A stretch of 64,000 bases of DNA, taken from contig CAVRBU010000004.1 in NCBI GenBank assembly GCA_963719315.1, forward strand, positions 256,001 through 320,000. Reading direction: 5' to 3'. The DNA is from an uncultured Planctomycetota bacterium. Lineage in GTDB: Bacteria; Planctomycetota; Planctomycetia; Pirellulales; Lacipirellulaceae. The notes beneath the pieces are model-generated. The model was not told where the DNA came from. It was given only the letters and a program-made list of their open reading frames with translations, and made no database searches. Positions within the stretch are counted from its first letter, which is position 1. Every line of letters begins with the position of its first letter. Shown in pieces: positions 55,459-63,302 of this stretch. The translations under genes were made by a program, and so were the position numbers.

Positions 55459-56135
55459 ATGTCTCACGCAAAGGCGCAAAGGCGCAAAGAATATCTTGGT
55501 GAACTTTGCGCCTTTGCGGCTTTGCGCGAAGTCTTCTTGAGTGTTTACAGCGCGCGACGCAATTGTCATTCTAGATTCGTTGCTCGAAGAATTGCAGCGA
55601 TCGTTTCGATACTCGTATTGTTCAGTGGCGCCGGTTGCGGGATTGCGTTCGCCGACGGCGGGAAATTGCGTGTGATGCAACATCATGGGGACCAGCAAGT
55701 GACGGTCTTCACTTCGCCCAATCCATTGCGCGCCGGTCCGATCGACGTAAGCGTACTGGTGCAAGACGCGAAAACCGGCCAGGCCGTCACCGACGCCGCC
55801 GTGATCGTCGAGCTCGCGCGGCCCGATGATTCCATCCCGCCCATCCGCACCGCCGCCACAACGGCCACCGCCACCAATAAACTTCTGTATGCCGCGCAAT
55901 TGGAACTCCCCTCCCCGGGCTTTTGGGACGTTTGTGTCCAGTGCAGCATCCCGCCGCAGACGAGGACAGAAGACACCTCACTGAGGTCCGATTTACGATG
56001 GAAGCCTCACCGCCGCTACCGCGCTGGCTCTTCGTTTGGCCGTGGTTTGCTTGGCCAATCGTCGCGGTGCTGCTGTTCGCGCTGCACCGAAAACTCGTCG
56101 CCCGAAGTACATCCGACGCCACGAGCTCCGGCTAA
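55459..56135 (+). CDS. Hypothetical exported Ig-like (YtkA/FixH-like) protein with C-terminal TM helix, frameshift near 55975
   Basis: Signal peptide ending AFA-DGG, PNPLRAGPIDVSVLVQD, LPSPGFWDV. TM helix WPWFAWPIVAVLLF lies in the next frame. Start uncertain. Confidence 0.6.
55464..55529. repeat. Palindrome of 8-nt units (CGCAAAGG)x3 / (CTTTGCG)x3
   Basis: Seen directly in the sequence. Confidence 0.85.
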
Positions 56136-56366
56136 GTTTGCCATGTGATCGCGCAAAATCGAGCTTGGTCCGTGCCGATCTGATACAGGCCGAGTACCGA
56201 GGCGCGCAAAGCCGGCAAGCCGGGTGTGACGGTGGCAGCGGCATGGCGCGGTTCTCCCAAGGTGGGAGCACAAAACGGAATCTTCCGTTTTCGCCTCTGA
56301 GAAACACCGCATCGCAGAACGCTCAGCCGGTAGGAATTGCGCTTGTTTCGGTGGGAATCTTACGAA

Positions 56367-56408
56367 TGGAGCCGAAGGGACTCGAACCCTCGACATCTAG
56401 CTTGCAAA
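56367..56408 (-). repeat. tRNA-Ala(TGC) 3' fragment, putative att site
   Basis: TTTGCAA-GCTAG-ATGTC-GAGGG-TTCGAGT-CCCTT-CGGCTCC-A. 5' half absent. 39/42 identical to 37842-37883. Confidence 0.85.
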
Positions 56409-56697
56409 TTTGGTCATGCACAGCCGTATACTAAGAGTTTTATTCGGCAATTCCTGTATCAAACGCTGATTGTACCAGCTTGCAATTCCATTGCAAAGCG
56501 TTGCAATTTATTCCGATGAATTGCGGTAGTTCAAGAGATGGGCTGCGCAAAGCGGTAGTTTACCGTTTTGGCTTTTCCAGAATTCACGCCGCACAGCCCC
56601 ACAGCCTTCCGATCCGATCCAGCGGAAGATAACTCACCCGCTGCCGTCGGAGCGTGTTACGTGACGACGTGGTCGGCCTCAGAGTATCATCGGCGCC

Positions 56698-56886
56698 ATG
56701 GCCCAAGATCGACGCCAAGAATTGATCCAACTGCTGGCCGACATCGACCAGCAGATCACCGAAGCCCAGCGGGTCATGGTTGACTGCCCAGAGGACAAGA
56801 TCATTCTCGCGGCGTCCGCCCAACTGATTGAGCTACGGGCCGCCCTAGAGCGGGTTGAGACACTATTTAGCGAAAGTCGGGATTAG
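56698..56886 (+). CDS. Small helical protein, family A (62 aa), probably leaderless
   Basis: TATCAT-7 nt-ATG; amphipathic helices; aligns by eye with 57789 and 61369. Confidence 0.65.
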   Translation: MAQDRRQELIQLLADIDQQITEAQRVMVDCPEDKIILAASAQLIELRAALERVETLFSESRD

Positions 56887-57055
56887 CAGTCGCACAGGAT
56901 GCCCCAGGAATTGCGCCGACAGTTCATTGCGACATTGGGTAGGCCTGACCTACTGCGGCCTTTATTCTCCCCTGGTGGATATCTGGCATTAGGTGACAAT
57001 GTGGCTAACAGCCGCTTCGGCTACGTTGGATCATTCATCGAAAGGATTCGTTTCA

Positions 57056-57361
57056 ATGTCCATAGCATCCGCCGAGACGAACGCAGTCAGAGATTTGCAG
57101 CAGTTCGTTAACGACATTTGCGCATCGAATGGCGGCACAGTCTCGCACTCCGATACCGACTTTATAGCACGCATACCCGCCAGCATCGTGAGCCGTGCCG
57201 ATGTGCACAACACATTCCTGCAACTGCATCCCGAGCATGAGAAGTTCCGTAAACGGCTTTCGAGCGTGGGCATGAGCAATCCCCACCTTTGCGACGAGCT
57301 GTGGCAGGCGGCGCAAGCCCGAGCTCACAAAAACCATCCTGCCGCTCGCCCCATCCGTTAA
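57056..57361 (+). CDS. Hypothetical protein, family B (LHPEH motif)
   Basis: AAGGA RBS; VSRAD...F.LHPEH..FR shared with 58557. Confidence 0.75.
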   Translation: MSIASAETNAVRDLQQFVNDICASNGGTVSHSDTDFIARIPASIVSRADVHNTFLQLHPEHEKFRKRLSSVGMSNPHLCDELWQAAQARAHKNHPAARPIR

Positions 57362-57493
57362 TCGCTGTAATTAAGGCAGCATCGACGTTAAGCTCTCCCT
57401 TTGCCGTAAATTGGTCCCTCTGGGTTGGCGGAGATGAGCGTCAAAGGACCGATAGTTGATACGTGGGAGTGGCGGAATGCTATACTGGTTTCC

Positions 57494-57688
57494 ATGTCAA
57501 TTAACTTGCGTTGCTCATTCTGTAACGAATCCGAACAACAAACCGGGCCCCTGCTGGCGAAGATGGATGCCAGCGTAAAGCGCAGCCCTATTCGCATCTG
57601 CAAAGGCTGTGCTAAATTGGCGATCGATGTCATCGATCGGGAAGTCCTGCGACGTGCTGGCGAACGCCCGCGACTCCGTGTGATATAA
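57494..57688 (+). CDS. Stand-alone ClpX-type C4 zinc finger (64 aa)
   Basis: LRCSFC...LL...ICKGCAKLAIDVI; TGcTATACT-7 nt-ATG. Confidence 0.8.
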   Translation: MSINLRCSFCNESEQQTGPLLAKMDASVKRSPIRICKGCAKLAIDVIDREVLRRAGERPRLRVI

Positions 57689-57788
57689 CTTTCAGTCCCA
57701 CAATCGCGTCGAACGAGCGCCGATGGGTTGGACCGATGGTTGTTGTGTCCGGTTTTGGCCGCGTCAGCCGCCCCGCTATACTGGCGCC

Positions 57789-57965
57789 ATGGCCTTAGAC
57801 CGACTCAATCGCTTGGTCGCATTACCGGCCGAACTTGAGCAGACGGAGACCCAGGCTGAACACTTGGAAGTTGAAGGGATCGATACAGACATCAATGATC
57901 AATAGCGAGAATTGGTAGCTGCCGCTCGCGTCAAGATCGAAGGGGAGCTGCAATCCCAACAATGA
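57789..57965 (+). pseudogene. Family A small protein with internal TAG
   Basis: TATACT-6 nt-ATG. DQ*RELV aligns with EELRELI of 61369; TAG at 57903-57905. Confidence 0.6.
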
Positions 57966-57989
57966 AACATGTGAACTGTGACTCGCAAG

Positions 57990-58223
57990 TCATTTGCTTT
58001 CACCTTTCTCTACAAGCTTTGCCACTAGGTCGTCGCGATTGTCGGCGTCATACGCATACTGCCGCCCGTCGGCGCTCACGATCACCCGCACACCGGGATG
58101 TTCGCCCTCAACTTCTGCAATGCCGGGTATGCTGAAATCTTCTTTTGATTCCACTCGAATGTTCACCGCGTTTGGATGACATACCTTTGCGGCAATTCGG
58201 ATGTCGTGTTTTGATGCGGGCAT
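57990..58223 (-). CDS. Hypothetical protein (77 aa)
   Basis: Strong AAGGAG RBS; globular-looking composition. Confidence 0.65.
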   Translation of the reverse strand: MPASKHDIRIAAKVCHPNAVNIRVESKEDFSIPGIAEVEGEHPGVRVIVSADGRQYAYDADNRDDLVAKLVEKGESK

Positions 58224-58435
58224 TTTTATTCTCCTTGTGAGATGGGCTGCGGAACTACATCCTCAAGCCTATCGTAGTCGAACTCCGCCATTTCGTATTT
58301 AATCGTGAGAAATCCCAAATAAAACCCGGCTGCTGCCCCAACGGCGTCCTGTTCGTCAAGTTGAGTTAATGCTCGCTGATGCGTGGGGCCGCACATTCCG
58401 GGGTGACGCCCACTACTTCCCGAAAATCGGTACTT

Positions 58436-58481
58436 CAGGATGCCCCAGGAAATGCGCCGAAGGGTCGGGTCGATGGTTGAT
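58436..58481 (+). repeat. Intergenic motif J (copies at 56895-56920 partial, 57717-57742 diverged, 59064-59103)
   Basis: CAGGATGCCCCAGGAAATGCGCCGAAGGGTCGGGTCGATGGTTGAT; 35/40 identity with the 59064 copy. Confidence 0.85.
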
Positions 58482-58556
58482 ACCTGCCCTCTGGCGGTTT
58501 TTTGGCGTCGTGGTATCGTTGAGTGCGGGGCCGTACTATCGAACGGAGGCATTGCA

Positions 58557-58850
58557 ATGTCGGAAATGATTGATCGTCAGCGAGCCATTCACGATTACAT
58601 GGCTTTTGTATCTGATCATCGCGCCTCGAAGGCCCGCCACGTTCCTCCCACTGCCGAAGATTTGCCGCCAGTCGAGTCAATTGAAGTGAGTCGCGCGGAC
58701 GCTATGAAAGCCTTTTTTGAGTTACACCCAGAGCACGGTATTTTCCGCCTCGACGTTTCACACGTGTTTGAAGATCAACAGTTGTTTTCGTTCTCAAAAG
58801 AACGCTGGGAGAAAACAACGCGCAAACTTGCCAAGGCCAAGCCCAAGTAG
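58557..58850 (+). CDS. Hypothetical protein, family B (LHPEH motif)
   Basis: GGAGG RBS; paralog of 57056. Confidence 0.78.
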   Translation: MSEMIDRQRAIHDYMAFVSDHRASKARHVPPTAEDLPPVESIEVSRADAMKAFFELHPEHGIFRLDVSHVFEDQQLFSFSKERWEKTTRKLAKAKPK

Positions 58851-58993
58851 AGTGCCATGCTAATTGAATTGTTGGCGCCGCCAAGGCGGGCCCCACGGCC
58901 AAATGCCTCAGGCCGCCCACGCTACATGATGGCGTGGGCTCTTGCTGTGGGCGTTCGTCAAGCAAATGATCCGACCGGAAGTCCGGCCATCAT

Positions 58994-59021
58994 GCCCGCC
59001 GGCTCGCGACTTCCGACGGGC
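58994..59021. repeat. 28-bp hairpin repeat H, copy 1
   Basis: GCCCGCCGGCTCGCGACTTCCGACGGGC, identical at 61276-61303. Confidence 0.9.
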
Positions 59022-59320
59022 TAATCGAATTGTAAAGGACCATTCTGCCGCGTTTCCTTCGCGGCCGCAGGGGTTGCGCCGACGGGTCGGGTCGATGGTT
59101 GATGCGCTGGGTTTTCCAGGCGCGCCAAAAACGGTAGTTTACCGCGTGTCTTTGATTCTCATCGCGGCCAATTGTTCCGGGCAATCCTCTAGGCCATTGG
59201 ATTTAGTATCTGTCTACTGCAATACTTTTCAATTATTCTGGAGGTTCCCGGGAGGGCTGTGCGGCTTATCTTTCGTTCGACGGGATTTTGACCGTTGCCA
59301 ACTTTCGACAATTCGAAAAT

Positions 59321-59980
59321 ATGGCGAAGACCAAAGCCGAGTTAGAGCTCGACGATCAGCGGCATCAAAAGTTGATGACCGACGCCCGCGCTGCACTGCA
59401 GCGAGAGTCTTATTTTGACGCAGTTCAAATGGCCGTCTCTGCGCTGCAGCACGTTGACGGAATGATGCAATATGACCGACGGTGGGGTAGCAAGTCTGAG
59501 TTCGAAACAATTGACAGCGTCGCGCTCGTGCTTCGCTATGCACCACTGATATTCGATAGTGACAGCTTGGATCAACTCGCGTCGCTGCTCAAGTCCCAGC
59601 GCCGCATCGACAAGAACTCCGCCGTGGATATCGCGTCAGATCTGGAGGCTTCTGTTTCCACGATGTGGGATGCACATCGTTTGTGGTCCCATTTGGAATG
59701 CGAACACGAGGTTCGCCAGGATGAACTTCGTCGTAAATTCGGCGGTGACCAGGACAAGTGGAGGTGGATTGCAGAAACTTGGGAGCGTATGGGTCTACTT
59801 TGCCGTGTACCAGAAGGCGGTTCATATCGGCTTTCCCTAGTTTCCCGACTAGAAACGCGTGTTCGTGGTAAATGTGCATCATGCGGTGTTACGGGCCAGG
59901 CTGACAAATTTCACTTGTTCCAAGAGATTCAGTGCCCGAAATGTAAAGCTTCCGGCTTTTGGGTGATCATGTTGAGTTGA
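59321..59980 (+). CDS. Hypothetical protein with C-terminal Zn ribbon
   Basis: Helical N-terminus; CASC...CPKC at the C-terminus; next gene starts 1 nt after its stop. Confidence 0.75.
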   Translation: MAKTKAELELDDQRHQKLMTDARAALQRESYFDAVQMAVSALQHVDGMMQYDRRWGSKSEFETIDSVALVLRYAPLIFDSDSLDQLASLLKSQRRIDKNSAVDIASDLEASVSTMWDAHRLWSHLECEHEVRQDELRRKFGGDQDKWRWIAETWERMGLLCRVPEGGSYRLSLVSRLETRVRGKCASCGVTGQADKFHLFQEIQCPKCKASGFWVIMLS

Positions 59981-59981
59981 A

Positions 59982-61265
59982 TTGACGCTCTTCGAAAGGT
60001 TTGTTGCAGTGTCTTATTTCATCGTGCTAATTGCTGGCATGGCCGGAGGGGCGCTATGTATGTTTTTCGCGCTTCAAAGAAAGCGCGATGCGATTGAAGT
60101 GTTGCGTCGGCGTCAAACGCAAGAAGCAGAACACCTAAAGAGCACTGCGTCACTTCTGGCGGATCGCGAGGCCCAATTTGGCAAAGAAGTCGATCAATTT
60201 CGCACCGCACAGAACGAGTTTCAGGAAGGCGTTATTTCCTACAAGAACTTGACTGACGAGAATCTAATTCTCAAACGAGACCTAAAGAACTTCGCCGTAT
60301 CTCTCCGCAAGACGAAACTCGATCAACTGACACAACAAAAAGCCCAGGAGACGCTAAATAGTCGGGTTCAAGTTCTAGGCAAGCGATACTTAAAGGACAG
60401 TGTAAAGTGGATTGGTGCATCGCTAAATGTAAATAATTTCGTGGCGTGCAAACAGCGCCTACAAAATAACATCGAACAGTTGCGCGGCGTCGGCTTTGAG
60501 GTAACAGCTAGTGAAGAGGCAGGCTACATCGTTGATTTACGCACCGAATATGAACTCCTGGTGCGGGCAGCATTCGAACGGGAGGAGCAGGCCAGAATCA
60601 AATCTCAAATTCGAGAGGAACAAAAGCTCGAACGGGAACTCCAGCTCGAACGGGAACGGATTGATCGCGAGAAAAAGTTAATTGAAGCAGCATTGGCCAA
60701 AGCAATGGCCGAAGCGAAAGATCAATACAGTGCAGAAGTCGAAAGCTTGAAGGCCAAATTGGCAGAGGCAGAGGCCAATCAGCGTGCTATCTCTCAAGCA
60801 CAAATAACAAAGGCTGGCTATATCTATGTTATCTCGAATATTGGATCATTTGGCGAAGGCGTCTTCAAGGTTGGCATGACGCGACGTTTCGAGCCGATAG
60901 AACGCGTACATGAATTAAGTGATGCGTCCGTTCCATTTCCTTTCGATATTCACATGATGATTTCGTGCGATAACGCGCCGGCACTTGAAAATGCCTTACA
61001 CAAAGCGCTCGTGAAGCAACAGGTCAACAAGATGAATCCTCGGAAGGAGTTTTTCAAGACGGACATTCACACAATTGCTGAACTCGTAAAAGAGCACCAT
61101 GGCGAAGTGCACTATGTGGTGGATGCGGAAGCGCCTCAATACAGGCAGAGCATTGCGATGTCCGACGAGGACATGAAGTTCATTGGGCAAGTTTTCGACG
61201 AGGCGGAAGAGGACAGTCCAGCCTTTGACGGGGAAGCATCGCACGAAATCGCATCATCCTATTGA
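59982..61265 (+). CDS. DUF4041 / T5orf172 (GIY-YIG-like) domain protein with TM anchor and coiled coil
   Basis: AGYIYVISNIGSFGEGVFKVGMTRR, ELSDASVPFPFDIH, LENALH, RKEFF. Confidence 0.9.
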   Translation: MTLFERFVAVSYFIVLIAGMAGGALCMFFALQRKRDAIEVLRRRQTQEAEHLKSTASLLADREAQFGKEVDQFRTAQNEFQEGVISYKNLTDENLILKRDLKNFAVSLRKTKLDQLTQQKAQETLNSRVQVLGKRYLKDSVKWIGASLNVNNFVACKQRLQNNIEQLRGVGFEVTASEEAGYIVDLRTEYELLVRAAFEREEQARIKSQIREEQKLERELQLERERIDREKKLIEAALAKAMAEAKDQYSAEVESLKAKLAEAEANQRAISQAQITKAGYIYVISNIGSFGEGVFKVGMTRRFEPIERVHELSDASVPFPFDIHMMISCDNAPALENALHKALVKQQVNKMNPRKEFFKTDIHTIAELVKEHHGEVHYVVDAEAPQYRQSIAMSDEDMKFIGQVFDEAEEDSPAFDGEASHEIASSY

Positions 61266-61275
61266 GGGCCAGTAC

Positions 61276-61303
61276 GCCCGCCGGCTCGCGACTTCCGACG
61301 GGC
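61276..61303. repeat. 28-bp hairpin repeat H, copy 2 (possible terminator)
   Basis: Identical to 58994-59021; begins 11 nt after the DUF4041 stop; similarity extends about 18 nt further. Confidence 0.9.
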
Positions 61304-61368
61304 CATTTCGAGTTGTAAAAGAACGTGGCCGGCGCTTCCAACCGCTCCATCCTCGCTATACTGCGACC

Positions 61369-61560
61369 ATGCACCCCGACTACCGCAAAGCGCTGGTCGC
61401 TCACCTTGCCCGCCTCGACCGCATGGAAAGCGAGGCCGATGACATTCTGAGCGGCCCTGCTGATACATCGCTCGTGGCCCAAGCAGAAGAACTCCGCGAA
61501 CTCATCGTCGAGATGCGAGCGAGCGTTGAGGAGAAGCTGGACCGGATTACGGAGGCGTAG
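61369..61560 (+). CDS. Small helical protein, family A (63 aa), probably leaderless
   Basis: TATACT-6 nt-ATG; ends 2 nt before the SRAP start. Confidence 0.7.
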   Translation: MHPDYRKALVAHLARLDRMESEADDILSGPADTSLVAQAEELRELIVEMRASVEEKLDRITEA

Positions 61561-61562
61561 CA

Positions 61563-62219
61563 ATGTGCGGACGATTCACCTTGCGCCTCCGCTGTCGGTG
61601 CTAATCAAGCAGTTCGCGATCGAGTTGACGGCCGACCAGCAACGGCTGCCATTCGAGCCGCGCTACAACATCCCGCCGACCGTCGATATTCCGGCCATCA
61701 GATTAACGGATGGCGCACGACGGATCGCATTCATGCGTTGGGGCCTGCTGCCATCGTGGACGAAAGACATCAAGCGAGCGCCCCTGCTGAATAACGCTCG
61801 CGCTGAAACAGCCGTCGAAAAGCCTTCGTTTCGGTCTGCGTTCAAGTCCCGCCGTTGCCTCATTCCGTCCGATGGTTTCTTCGAGTGGAAGCGCAGAAGG
61901 TAAGGCTAAGCAGCCCTACGATTTTCGGCGGCCGGATGAGCGGCCGTTTGCATTCGCCGGTCTCTGGGAACAGTGGAATAAGATTGAATCTTGTACGATC
62001 ATTACGACGGAAGCCAATGAAGTGATGTCGCCAATTCACGACCGGATGCCGGTTATACTTAGCCGAAACGACTACGCCGTGTGGCTCGACCCAGCGGCGA
62101 CAGAACTGGGGAAGCTGCTGACGCCATACCCGGCGGACGAATTGATATGCTATCCAGTGAACCCCGTGGTCAACAACGCTCGCAACCAAGGAGCGCAGTG
62201 CATCGAGCCGGTTCAATGA
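61563..62219 (+). CDS. SOS response-associated peptidase (SRAP/YedK family), two frameshifts
   Basis: MCGRF start, PRYNIPP, RWGL, NARAET, DGFFEW, FAGLW, IHDRMPVIL. Shifts near 61587 and 61892. Confidence 0.9.
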
Positions 62220-62672
62220 GATTCCGCAAGCTGCGAATCGCGTGGTCGGTGGCGTGGGGCATACTCGCCGTGTTGCTCTGTGTGTTGTGGGTGCGGAGTT
62301 ACAAAATAGCCGACATCGTGTCGGGGCATATCACGACTTTCAAAACCTTCAGTATAACGTCGGACAAAGGGCGGTTTCTCGCATGGCTTAACACGGCTGC
62401 CCCTATCCTTCGTCCTCCTGCTCATTGGCACATGACTTACGTTCCTGGTGTTGTGAGCTGGAAACTTTGGACGTATGGCAAGTTGCCTGTTCCTTATGCC
62501 GGTTGGTACATCCATGCACCTCAAGGGCTGTTCATATTGTTGGCAGCCGCGACTCGCCATAACTCCGTGGATATCGTGGCCTAACCGCTTCAGCCTCCGA
62601 ACTTTGCTAATCGCCATGACGCTAATCGCGGTGGTGATGGGGGCGGCTGCTATGATGTTGAGGGGAAGCTGA
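62216..62672 (+). CDS. Planctomycete membrane protein with FSLRTLL motif, frameshift near 62550
   Basis: MRFRKLRIAWSVAWG...LWVRSY N-terminus; PWISWPNRFSLRTLLIA C-terminus in the next frame. Confidence 0.7.
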
Positions 62673-62708
62673 GGGAGGCGCGATAGGATGGTGGCAACTG
62701 ATAGCTCC

Positions 62709-63179
62709 ATGACTGACACAACTCGCGCTCGCTGGTTTTCGTTTAGGCTGCGTACGCTGCTGGCAGTAATGACCGGCTGCGCCTTCGTTGCTTTTGTTGC
62801 GCAATGGATACTTTCACAAGCGGGCGGCGTGCGAACTGCCATCCTGGTCATACCGTGGGCGATTGGATCATTCGCCGGAATATATCTGGCTGTCAGATCC
62901 AACCGCAGCACACTACTTTGGGCGATGGGAGGCGGTGTACTAGGTTGCCTGCTTTGCCCCGGAACTCTCGTGGTATTCCTTTACCTCAATGACATGAATG
63001 GAGTTAGGAGCTTGTCCACTTTGTGGACGCAACTGGCGATTGCTGTCTGCGGTAGCTGGTTGCTGGCCGCTTTTATCGGCACTACGCGAGAAGGACTATT
63101 TTTTTGGCGAAAGTGCAGGCTAGTCGATCGTGATTCACGGCACATCCCACACACTAACTTACCACCGCCCACGTACTGA
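62709..63179 (+). CDS. Membrane protein with FRLRTLL motif
   Basis: RWFSFRLRTLLAVMT followed by about four TM helices. Confidence 0.7.
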   Translation: MTDTTRARWFSFRLRTLLAVMTGCAFVAFVAQWILSQAGGVRTAILVIPWAIGSFAGIYLAVRSNRSTLLWAMGGGVLGCLLCPGTLVVFLYLNDMNGVRSLSTLWTQLAIAVCGSWLLAAFIGTTREGLFFWRKCRLVDRDSRHIPHTNLPPPTY

Positions 63180-63302
63180 ATCGGAACCGATCGCGAGCAA
63201 CCAACTTGCTTTTTGAAGGTTGGCTTTAGTAAGCTGGGCTTATACAGGCATTTCCCAACTAATAACTAGTTCGTCGCCTCCAACGCATCAGGAACCACCG
63301 CA

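Larger units (their letters stand above)
37884..56366. mobile_element. Genomic island between two tRNA-Ala 3' fragments (no integrase visible)
   Basis: Direct repeats at both ends, shared sub-terminal motifs, self-contained divergent cargo and an internal IS4. Confidence 0.7.

Noticed and set aside
56136..56366. Integrase remnant at the island's right end
   Set aside because: No tyrosine or serine recombinase motif in the frames I read.
58226..58552. 108-aa minus-strand ORF
   Set aside because: Its 5' half spans motif J and a promoter region. Only the last ~50 codons look protein-like, at most a truncated remnant.
56895..59103. Motif J as a CRISPR array or integron attC series
   Set aside because: Spacing is 600-800 bp with genes between copies; no cas or intI gene; no RYYYAAC/GTTRRRY ends.
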